From Armatimonadota bacterium (GTDB taxonomy: Bacteria > Sysuimicrobiota > Sysuimicrobiia > Sysuimicrobiales > Humicultoraceae): a stretch of 14,832 bases of DNA. The notes beneath the pieces are model-generated. The model did no database searches. It was not told the DNA's origin and was given only the letters and a program-made list of their open reading frames with translations. Location of the stretch: positions 1 to 14,832 of the forward strand of contig JBQTJP010000087.1 of assembly GCA_052386995.1 (NCBI GenBank), written 5' to 3'. Shown piece after piece: positions 1 through 7,696 of this stretch; position 1 is the first letter of the stretch, and each line of letters begins with the position of its first letter. The position numbers and the translations under genes were made by a program.

Positions 1-288
1 GTCGTCGACAAACGGGAGTTCGGATTCCATGTCGGTGAAGCCCGTGACGGCGGCCGGGAGATGCCCGAAGTAGATGATGCGCCGGTACTCCCCGTCGTTG
101 ATGACCTGGAGGCCGATCTTCTCCTGAGATGCCACGGCCTCGCGAATCCATCGGTCTTCCTCTTCCCGCAGTGCCTCCGCCGAGAGTGTGCCCTCGTCGA
201 AGGTGCGGCGCGCGGCGAGGAGCTCGGGGGGCCGGAGCAGGCTCCCGATGTGTTCGGCCCGGAAGGGCGGGTCCGCTTTGGTCGTCAT
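1..288 (-). CDS. Cobalamin-independent methionine synthase II family (MetE C-terminal/YxjH-like) protein, 5' part; runs off the left edge
   Basis: Not in the ORF track. Manual translation from ATG at 288 gives MTTKADPPFRAEHIGSLLRPPELLAARRTFDEGTLSAEALREEEDRWIREAVASQEKIGLQVINDGEYRR..., with the family motifs PPFRA(D/E)H(V/I)GSLLRP and DGE(F/Y)RR. The ATG overlaps the upstream stop (ATGA, 285-288). Confidence 0.88.
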   Translation of the reverse strand, partial: MTTKADPPFRAEHIGSLLRPPELLAARRTFDEGTLSAEALREEEDRWIREAVASQEKIGLQVINDGEYRRIIYFGHLPAAVTGFTDMESELPFVDD

Positions 289-1799
289 CGTGTGCCGTAC
301 AAGTCCTTCACCCGGAAGTGTTGCACCTTGCCCATCGCGTTCCTGGGTAGTTCGTCGGCGAAGATGAACCGGCGCGGGATCTTGTAGCGGGCCAACTGAC
401 CTTCCAGGTGAGCCCGTAAGGTGTCTTCTGAGAGGCGGGCGTTGTTGACCGTCACCAAGACCGCCACCGGGACCTCTTGCCATCGTGCGTTCGGGACGCC
501 GATGACTGCGGCCTCCCGGACGTCCGGATGCGTGAGCAGGACGCGTTCGACCTCGGCCGGGTAGATGTTCTCGCCGCCGGAGATGATGACGTTCTTCTTC
601 CGGTCCACGATGAAGAAGTATCCGTCCTTATCTCGATAGCCGATATCCCCGGTGTAGTACCAGCCGTCGCGCAGGGCCTCGGCGGTGGCTGCAGGGTTGC
701 CCCAATATTCCGACATGATGTTGGCACCTTTCACCAGGATCTCGCCCGGATGGCCGGCGGGGAGGTCGTTGCCATCGCTGTCCACCACGCGGATCTGGCA
801 GTGCAGGGCCGGCAGGCCTGTCGAGCCGCGCTTGCTGAAGTCCGAATCGGGCCGCGTGTAGATGGCCAAGGGAGCGGTCTCCGTCGAGCCGTAGACCTCC
901 AGCACGCACACCCCACGCGCTCTAAAGGCATCGGAAAGATGCTGTGGCACGGTGGTGGAGCCGGTGGTCACGATGCGCAGGTGGCGGAAATCGGTCTGTG
1001 GCCACAGCGGCGAGTCCAGGCACGCCTGCATCGTGGCCGGCACCAGGACCGTCATGGTCGGCCTCTCTGCGGTGATCGCGGCTAGCGTCTGGTCCGGCTG
1101 GAAGCGTCGGTGGAGGGTCGCGGTCGCGCCCGCATGCAGGGCCGGCATGGTCTGAATGTTCAGCCCGCCGACATGGAACATGGGTAGCACCGTGAGTATA
1201 TGATCATTACCGGTGAGGTCGTGCATGTGGGTGCTGTTGATGGCATTCCACTGCAGGGCTCCCTGCGTGAGCACCGCGCCCTTCGGATGGCCGGTCGTGC
1301 CGGCTGTATAGACGATGAGCAGGGGGTTGTCGAGCGGGACGTTCGGGTTGCCGCTGTCGCCGCGGGAGTGCGCCAGCAGGTCGCCAAATTGCACTCCGGC
1401 CTCCGGCACAAGGTCAAGGCCGATGATCCGGCAGTGAGGCAGGGCGCCGCGCACCGGGGTGATCAGGTGGGCGAAGGGCTGCTCCAGGAACAGTGCCGAG
1501 ACCGAAGCATCGTTGAGGATGTACAAGTGTTCCGCCGCGGCCAACCGCCAGTTGAGCGGAACCAGCATCGCGCCGAGCCGGGCGCACGCGAATAAGAGGA
1601 TGAGAAATTCCGGGCTGTTGTAGCCCACGTGCGCGACACGGTCACCGCGGCCCACGCCCAGGTCCCCTTTGAGGACCTGGGCCGCACGCTCCACCTGCTC
1701 GGCCAGCGCAGCGTAAGTGTAGACTCGTCCCTCAAAACGAAGAGCGGCTTTGGTTGGCGCAAAGCTCGCGTTCCTCTCGATCCAATGGGAGATATTCAC
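285..1799 (-). CDS. AMP-dependent acyl-CoA synthetase/ligase (ANL superfamily; FadD/MenE-like), 504 aa
   Basis: Adenylation motifs YTAGTTGHPKG, YGSTE, TGD, IISGGENIYPAEVE and PRNAMGKV; GTG start. Confidence 0.93.
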   Translation of the reverse strand: MNISHWIERNASFAPTKAALRFEGRVYTYAALAEQVERAAQVLKGDLGVGRGDRVAHVGYNSPEFLILLFACARLGAMLVPLNWRLAAAEHLYILNDASVSALFLEQPFAHLITPVRGALPHCRIIGLDLVPEAGVQFGDLLAHSRGDSGNPNVPLDNPLLIVYTAGTTGHPKGAVLTQGALQWNAINSTHMHDLTGNDHILTVLPMFHVGGLNIQTMPALHAGATATLHRRFQPDQTLAAITAERPTMTVLVPATMQACLDSPLWPQTDFRHLRIVTTGSTTVPQHLSDAFRARGVCVLEVYGSTETAPLAIYTRPDSDFSKRGSTGLPALHCQIRVVDSDGNDLPAGHPGEILVKGANIMSEYWGNPAATAEALRDGWYYTGDIGYRDKDGYFFIVDRKKNVIISGGENIYPAEVERVLLTHPDVREAAVIGVPNARWQEVPVAVLVTVNNARLSEDTLRAHLEGQLARYKIPRRFIFADELPRNAMGKVQHFRVKDLYGTR

Positions 1800-1823
1800 A
1801 CTCGCTCACGCACCCACCGGCGC

Positions 1824-3143
1824 TCACGCCTCGTCCGACTCGCCGGGCCGATACAGGCACTCCTTCCCCAACCGGTCCAGGCAGATCTCGGCAGTCCAGG
1901 GCAGCATAAGCGAGCCGCACCGGCTGTCCCGGTAGATGCGTTCCAATGGGAGGCTGCGGAACATAGCCTGCCCGCCGCAGGTGCGGATCGCCAGTTGCGC
2001 GAGTTCGTTCGCGTTCTCCATCGTCGTGTATTGCGCTGCCCAGGCCCTCATCACCTGATCGCGGCTGGGATCGGGGCGGGCTTCCTGCACGGCCTGGAAC
2101 CAGAGCGTCTTGGTCTGCTCCAGCATGATCTTCATTTGGGCCACGGCAATCTGTTTGGTCGGATACATCCGCCGCTTCACGGGCGGTGTGCCGGGCTGTT
2201 CGCCGCGCAGGTACCGGACTGTGAAATCATAGGCCGCCTGCGCCATGCCCATGTACGAAGGCGACAGCGTCAGGAACATGTGCGGCCAGCGTGTGGCTGC
2301 CTGATAGTAGACCCCGCGTGGCATCAGCAGCGCGCCCGCCGGGACAAATGCATCCTTGAACAGCAGGGTGAGCGAGACCGTCGCACGCATGCCGAGCGGA
2401 TCCCATTCGCCTACGATATTTACGCCTTCGGCCTTTGACGGGATCGCGAGATAGAGCGTGTTCTTCCGGCTGCGCGGTTCTCCTCCGGTCACCTCTGAGC
2501 ACAGGATGCCGTAGTAAGCGGCGCTTCCCGACAGGGAGGCGAAGATCTTCCTCCCGTTCACCCGCCACCCGCCATCCACCGGGTGGGCCTCCGTCTCGAA
2601 GGCCGCCACGCCTGCGGCGGCGGGCCCGGGTTCGGAGAAGGGCTGCGAATAGATCGCGCCCTGTTCCAAGATCCGGTCGTAGTGCAGGCGGCGGCGCTCG
2701 TGGTGCGCCTGGCGGTCTTCGGGAGTCAGGTCCAGGTCGTCCGTGAGCGCACCGGTCCAGAGCGTGGAGCACACGTGCATGTTCCAGTTGAGGGCCGTCG
2801 CCCCGGCATAGCGCCCGATCTCAGCGGCGACGAGCGAGTACGTCAAGAAGTCGGCACCGATACCGCCGTAGTCCCTGGGAATGCAGATGGCCAGCAGGCC
2901 CGCGCGGTCAAGGTCACGGAAATCCTCCGCGGGAAAGGCGGCCTCGCGGTCGTATTGCCCCGCGCGTGGGGCAAACCGGTGCTGGCCCAGTTTGCGGGCC
3001 AGCGTGGTCAGCCGATTCTGTTCCTCGCTCATGCGAAAGGCCTTTGGATCGAAGATCGGTTCGTCGAGATCCTCGGCACTTTCCAGACTCGCGAGCGTTG
3101 AGTGGACTCGTTCCCACGCTGGAGTTGGGGTTGTCAACGTCAC
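1824..3143 (-). CDS. Acyl-CoA dehydrogenase-family flavoprotein (atypical), about 439 aa
   Basis: ACAD motifs IPRDYGGIG, FSEPG, WRVNGRKIFAS, WDPLGMRAT and LERIYRDSR. Start moved from 3428 to GTG at 3143, which overlaps the hydrolase stop (GTGA) and follows an AGAGGAG Shine-Dalgarno. Confidence 0.9.
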   Translation of the reverse strand: MTLTTPTPAWERVHSTLASLESAEDLDEPIFDPKAFRMSEEQNRLTTLARKLGQHRFAPRAGQYDREAAFPAEDFRDLDRAGLLAICIPRDYGGIGADFLTYSLVAAEIGRYAGATALNWNMHVCSTLWTGALTDDLDLTPEDRQAHHERRRLHYDRILEQGAIYSQPFSEPGPAAAGVAAFETEAHPVDGGWRVNGRKIFASLSGSAAYYGILCSEVTGGEPRSRKNTLYLAIPSKAEGVNIVGEWDPLGMRATVSLTLLFKDAFVPAGALLMPRGVYYQAATRWPHMFLTLSPSYMGMAQAAYDFTVRYLRGEQPGTPPVKRRMYPTKQIAVAQMKIMLEQTKTLWFQAVQEARPDPSRDQVMRAWAAQYTTMENANELAQLAIRTCGGQAMFRSLPLERIYRDSRCGSLMLPWTAEICLDRLGKECLYRPGESDEA

Positions 3144-3928
3144 GCCGCTCCTCTCGTTACGCCGTCGAGAAAGGTCCACAGGACCGCGTCGAACGCCACC
3201 GGGTCTTCCAGATGCGCCAGGTGTCCCAGCCCAGGGAGGCGATGGTATTGCCCCCCGGGGATTCGTGCGGCCATCTTCTCCATCATCGCGGGCGGAGCGT
3301 TTGAATCCTCTTCGCCGGCGATCAGCAGGCAGGGGGCGGTGATCTTGCCCAGCCCCTCGCGGCGGTCGAACTCGACCAGCGAGAGCACGACGGCCCGGTA
3401 GGTCTCGTCCGGTACCGCGGCCATGCATGCCACTGCCAGCTCGATCCCTGCGGATTTTGCGCGAGAGCCGACGAGCCCCCGGACGATTTCGGGGGCCAAC
3501 TTGGCCATCGTCTTGCCCTCATCCAGCGGCCCCAGGCGAGCCCGGAGAAACTGCTGCTGCCATTCGCCCTCTTTGCGGCCGAAGGCGGGGCTGGTGGCAT
3601 ACAGCACAACGGCGCGGGCAGCCTCGGGATGCACGGCAAGATATTCCTGAACGATCATGCCGCCGATGGAGTGCCCGACCAGGATCGGGCGCTCAATGGC
3701 GCATTCGACGAGAAACTCCCCCAGCCATTGCGCATAGCGGGGGAATGAGTACTGCGCCGCCGGTTGGGAGCCCCCATAGCCCGGCATGTCCCAGGCGAGG
3801 ACGCGATACGCGCGGGCGAACTCCTCGATCTGGTAGCGCCAGCTCGCCGCGCCCCCACCGATGCCGTGCAGGAAGACCACGGCCGGCCCCAGCCCTCGTT
3901 CGAGGTAGCCGAATCGGGTACGCGTCAT
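3140..3928 (-). CDS. Alpha/beta-fold hydrolase (PcaD/NicD-like), 262 aa
   Basis: HGIGG oxyanion loop, GHSIGG nucleophile elbow, acid in GEED and His in GHLAHLE. ATGA overlap with the upstream gene. Confidence 0.92.
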   Translation of the reverse strand: MTRTRFGYLERGLGPAVVFLHGIGGGAASWRYQIEEFARAYRVLAWDMPGYGGSQPAAQYSFPRYAQWLGEFLVECAIERPILVGHSIGGMIVQEYLAVHPEAARAVVLYATSPAFGRKEGEWQQQFLRARLGPLDEGKTMAKLAPEIVRGLVGSRAKSAGIELAVACMAAVPDETYRAVVLSLVEFDRREGLGKITAPCLLIAGEEDSNAPPAMMEKMAARIPGGQYHRLPGLGHLAHLEDPVAFDAVLWTFLDGVTRGAA

Positions 3929-4971
3929 CCAAATACGTCTTGCAACTCGCCCGCTTTCACGACGAACGTTCCGTCCAACTCGACATCACATCCCCGCATC
4001 GGGAGGTCAAAGTGCCCCCGCGTGTACCGGCCGGCAAACTCGTTGGCCCCAGTCGAGAACAGGAAGTTTCCGGCAAATGCGCGCAGCTCAGTGCCGTTGG
4101 TGTCCCGCTGATCGTACATGGTCAGTGCCTCGTATCGCGCGTGCGGATTCATCCCCCAGCCCACGTGTGAGACGGCGTAGGCGGTCGGATCACCCCACGC
4201 CGCCAGGTAGCGGCGCATCAGCTCGTAGTCTGTGCCCTGACCCCGGATGTCCACCACATAGTCATTCTCAATCGCCAGCGTGACGCGCTCTTGCAGGTAA
4301 CGCTTGAAGGTCAGGTTGATATCGCCGATGTCCAGCACCAGCGTCCCGTTGACGCTGTTGGCCTGGGGGAAGCAGACCACCAGGCCCCCCGGCCAGTGGG
4401 AAAGGGTTCCCGGCTTGTCGGTGTATCCCCAGATGCCAACGGTGGACGCGCCTTCCAAAGTCACGTCGAGCCGTGTGCCCGCCGCGGAGGTCACCCGCAT
4501 CTGTTTGGCCTGGCGGGCCATGCGGGCCGCAGCCTTGACTTTCTCCGCCGTGGCCTCGTCCGGCACCAGGCGCTCCAGGGCCTCGGGGTGTTCGTTGCTG
4601 ATGTGCAGCACACGGGTGCCACCCTTGAGGATCTCCGGCAATTCCGAAGCGTGCATCAATCCTTCCAGGGTGCAGTCCACGACCATGACCGCCTGAGTCA
4701 ACGCCGCGAGCACGGACCGCGAGCGCTGAACGGCCTGTGACGCGCCGGTGGAGCGGACGGGCACGGGCGCGGTCTGGTGCGGCGTGGGTACGCAGATGTG
4801 GAAGGGCTGCGCTCCGAGACGAAGGAGTGCCAGTTCGGCCAGATGAATGTTCAGCTGGCGCGACTGCGTCTCAGAGAGAATGGCCACCTCGTCCCCCGCG
4901 TTCACCCGGCACAGACGGAGGACGTGCTCAAAACAATCTATCCACCTGGCTTCAATGCGATCACGCAGCAT
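3925..4971 (-). CDS. NicX-like 2,5-dihydroxypyridine 5,6-dioxygenase / peptidase M29-fold protein, about 348 aa
   Basis: Motifs HWPGG, SHVGWGMNP, ELRAFAGNFLFSTGAN and GHFDLPMR; the His and His-x-Asp match the NicX Fe(II)-ligand pattern as I recall it. Start set at ATG 4971 (MLRDRIEARWIDCF). An in-frame TTG at 5115 with a strong SD is an alternative. Confidence 0.8.
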   Translation of the reverse strand: MLRDRIEARWIDCFEHVLRLCRVNAGDEVAILSETQSRQLNIHLAELALLRLGAQPFHICVPTPHQTAPVPVRSTGASQAVQRSRSVLAALTQAVMVVDCTLEGLMHASELPEILKGGTRVLHISNEHPEALERLVPDEATAEKVKAAARMARQAKQMRVTSAAGTRLDVTLEGASTVGIWGYTDKPGTLSHWPGGLVVCFPQANSVNGTLVLDIGDINLTFKRYLQERVTLAIENDYVVDIRGQGTDYELMRRYLAAWGDPTAYAVSHVGWGMNPHARYEALTMYDQRDTNGTELRAFAGNFLFSTGANEFAGRYTRGHFDLPMRGCDVELDGTFVVKAGELQDVFG

Positions 4972-5174
4972 GATGGGTCCCTGAGGCCCGCCACCCGGCT
5001 TCGCGGATGCCGTCGAGGTCTTCACGCGCGATCTGGTGGCTCGGCTCGAAGCGGCGAAGTCGTCGCCGGTGAAAACGGCGAAGTTGGTCGGGCGCGAGTT
5101 TCGCCAGCCGTCCAAGCGCCTCCTCCCATCTCGCTCCAAGGTCATGACATTGCTGGTTCTTCCGTGGAAGGTTT

Positions 5175-5191
5175 TCGTATACGATACGATA
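5175..5191. promoter_or_regulatory. Putative operator in the divergent promoter region (GntR/FadR-type palindrome)
   Basis: Perfect palindrome TCGTATACGA (5175-5184) extended by a tandem TACGA-TACGA-TA, in an AT-rich patch between the two divergent operons. Confidence 0.55.
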
Positions 5192-5234
5192 TAGCCGCGC
5201 CGTCGTGGGCTGCTGCGGGAGTATGGAGGAAATC

Positions 5235-6179
5235 ATGGAACTTCGCGGCTCTATCGTGCCCCTCGTGACACCATTCAGGGATGGCCGGATGGATACATCG
5301 GCGCTGGCCGATCTCATCGAGTGGCAGATCGACAGCGGGAGTCACGGCGTCAGCGTCACCGGGAGCACGGGCGAGCCCGCCGCACTGTCGATCGAAGAGC
5401 GCGAAGGGATCATCGAAACGGCCGTGCGGGCGGTCCGCCGGCGTGTGCCGGTGCTCGCCGGTACCGGCTCCGCCCAGCTGGAGGAGACCTTGCGGCTGAC
5501 GCGTTTCGCAAAGCGCGTGGGCGCCGACGCCGCGCTGATCGTCACCCCGTACTACACGCGCCCCGGGCAGGAAGGCCTCTATCGATTTTTCCGCACCGTC
5601 GCCGACGCCGTGGAGATCCCCATCATCCTGTACAATATTCCGGGTCGCACGGCGGCCAACCTCGAGCCCGAGACCACTGCGGGCCTGGCCCGCGATTGCC
5701 GCAACATCATTGGGGTGAAGGAGTCGAACAAAGATCTCGAGCACATCGCGCGCGTCATGCACCGCTGCGGCCGTCAGTTCCTGGTGTACTCAGGCATCGA
5801 GTTGCTGTGCTTCCCGATTCTGGCTTTGGGGGGAGCCGGCTACGTCAGCGCAACGGGCAACGTGATGCCGCGTGAAGTCGCGCGCCTGTATGACCTGGTC
5901 ACGGCCGGCAAGTGGGAGGAGGCGCGCGATCTCCATTACCACCTCCTGCCGATGAACGACATCCTCTTCATCGAGACGAATCCGGTCCCGGCCAAGACGG
6001 CCCTGGGATTGATGGGACGTTGCGGCCCCGAAGTACGGCTCCCGCACGTGCCGCTGCGCCCCGAGAGCGAGGTCCGGCTGCGCGAAGTGATGACGATCTA
6101 CGGCCTACTGCCGCGCGAGCCCGCTGCGCCGTCGCCCGCTCCGATGCACTCCGCGGGTGGCCCGCCCGCGCACCGATGA
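5235..6179 (+). CDS. hpaI: 2,4-dihydroxyhept-2-ene-1,7-dioate aldolase, DapA-like class I type, 314 aa
   Basis: DapA fold: GSIVPLVTPF, GSTGE, YNIPGR and Schiff-base Lys in GVKESNKD. The GSHGVSV and SGIELLCFP signatures plus hpa context point to the HpaI subfamily rather than true DapA. SD GGAGG precedes ATG 5235. Confidence 0.85.
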   Translation: MELRGSIVPLVTPFRDGRMDTSALADLIEWQIDSGSHGVSVTGSTGEPAALSIEEREGIIETAVRAVRRRVPVLAGTGSAQLEETLRLTRFAKRVGADAALIVTPYYTRPGQEGLYRFFRTVADAVEIPIILYNIPGRTAANLEPETTAGLARDCRNIIGVKESNKDLEHIARVMHRCGRQFLVYSGIELLCFPILALGGAGYVSATGNVMPREVARLYDLVTAGKWEEARDLHYHLLPMNDILFIETNPVPAKTALGLMGRCGPEVRLPHVPLRPESEVRLREVMTIYGLLPREPAAPSPAPMHSAGGPPAHR

Positions 6180-6922
6180 GGCGCGCCCGGTTCATCGCTG
6201 ATGGCCGGGTGCACAGCGGACGGCTCGATGGTGACGTGCTGATCGATGAGGCCGAGCGCGCCCATAGGTCCGACGCCGTGACCTGGCTGCTCCCCGTGGC
6301 GCCGAGCAAGATCGTCGGATTCGCCCTCACCTACCGCGATCACGCCGTCGAACTGGGCATCGGCCCGCCTCCCGAACCGGCCGTCTTCTTCAAGCCACCC
6401 AGCAGCCTGCTCGCTCACGGCGCCCCCGTGGTCTACCCAACAGGGGTGGATTATCTGCACTACGAAGCAGAACTCGCGGTGGTCATCGGCCGCCGGTGCC
6501 GGCGCGTGCGTCCCGAGGATGCTCCCGGCGTGGTGCGCGGGTATACCATCGCCAACGACGTGACCGTTCGCGACTTCGTCCACAATTTCTACCGGCCGCC
6601 GGTAAAGGCCAAGGGGTGGGACACGTTCTGCCCGATCGGGCCGGTAATCGTCGAGGACGAAATCAGCGATCCGCACCGCCTCGGGCTGCGGGCGTTCGTC
6701 AACGGCGAGTTGCGCCAGCAGGGAACGACCGCCGATCTGGCCACGTCGATCTGGGAGTTGATCGGGTTTCTGACAGAATTCATGACGCTGGAGCCCGACG
6801 ACGTGATCCTGACCGGCACTCCGCAGGGCATCTCGCACGTGTACCCCGGCGACCGCATGCGCATCGAGGTCGACCTCTTGGGCGCGCTGGAGAACCCGGT
6901 GGTTGCCGAGGGACCCGCCTGA
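6176..6922 (+). CDS. hpaG: Fumarylacetoacetate-hydrolase-family isomerase/decarboxylase (single-domain HpaG/HpcE-like), 248 aa
   Basis: Motifs FFKPPSS, HYEAELAVVIG, GYTIANDVTVRD, KAKGWDTFCPIGP and DVILTGTP. ATG 6176 overlaps the hpaI stop (ATGA). Confidence 0.85.
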   Translation: MRRARFIADGRVHSGRLDGDVLIDEAERAHRSDAVTWLLPVAPSKIVGFALTYRDHAVELGIGPPPEPAVFFKPPSSLLAHGAPVVYPTGVDYLHYEAELAVVIGRRCRRVRPEDAPGVVRGYTIANDVTVRDFVHNFYRPPVKAKGWDTFCPIGPVIVEDEISDPHRLGLRAFVNGELRQQGTTADLATSIWELIGFLTEFMTLEPDDVILTGTPQGISHVYPGDRMRIEVDLLGALENPVVAEGPA

Positions 6923-7686
6923 TGGCAGACGCGGAATCCCGTCCCGCTCAGACCGCACCCTCGCCGGCACGTCCTGCGCCCGCGGCGCGCGTCCCAACTG
7001 CGACCCCCGCGCGCCACTTCATCGATGGCGCATTCGTCGAGAGCGCAAACGGTGAGATGTTTCACACGCTGAACCCCGCGAGCAACGAAACCATCACGAC
7101 CGTCGCGCGCGGCGCCGCCGAGGACATCGACCGCGCCGTCCGCGCGGCCCGCCGGGCGTTCGATGATGGCTCCTGGTCCCGCATGCCGGCGGCGGATCGC
7201 GCCCGGGCGCTGCACCGCATCGCCGAGGAGTGGCACTTGGACAACGCGAGGGCGCGCACCTGGCCACCGGGGGACGGCGGCCGGCGCACCTCGCCGCCGG
7301 CAACTACCTCGAGCCCGCGGTTTTCAACGGCTGTCCGCAACGACATGCGCATCGCGCAGGAAGAAATCTTCGGCCCGGTGCTGGCCGTCATCCCCTTTGA
7401 CGATGACGTCGAGGCCGTACGCCTGGCCAACGACGTCCGCTACGGTCTTGCGGCGTATCTGTGGACCAGCGATGTGGCCCGCGGGCACCGCGTCGCCCAC
7501 GCGCTCGAGTCGGGAATGGTCTGGGTGAACTCGCAGAACGTGCGCGACCTCCGCACCCCCTTTGGGGGCATGAAGTCTAGCGGTATCGGCCGCGAAGGCG
7601 GGCACTATTCCTTCGAGTTCTACATGGAATACAAAGCGATCCACACGGCCCTGGGGACGCACCGGATTCCGAAGATGGGAACGTAG
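6922..7686 (+). pseudogene. hpaE: 5-carboxymethyl-2-hydroxymuconate semialdehyde dehydrogenase, internally deleted and frameshifted (254-aa open frame)
   Basis: The ALDH N-terminus (HFIDGAFV...NPA...DIDRAVRAARRAF) and HpaE C-terminus (EEIFGPV, WVNSQNVRDLRTPFGGMKSSGIGREGG) are present. The NAD-binding core and the catalytic Glu and Cys regions are absent. 7230-7325 carries ALDH sequence in another frame. Confidence 0.85.
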
Positions 7687-7696
7687 GAGGGAGAAT

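Noticed and set aside
1280..1312. YTAGTTG instead of the usual YTSGTTG P-loop in the CoA ligase as a sign of inactivation
   Set aside because: A single conservative change with all other adenylation motifs intact is not enough to infer loss of function.
3144..3428. 95-codon N-terminal extension of the ACAD ORF (track start 3428)
   Set aside because: It overlaps the hydrolase gene in another frame and is low-complexity; GTG 3143 has an SD and a GTGA coupling.
5235..6179. Annotation as housekeeping dapA
   Set aside because: Subfamily signatures and first position in an hpa operon favour HpaI.
5912..6921. Long track starts for hpaG (5912) and hpaE (6496), which could suggest fusions
   Set aside because: The extensions are off-frame read-through of the upstream genes; true starts at 6176 and 6922 overlap the upstream stop codons.
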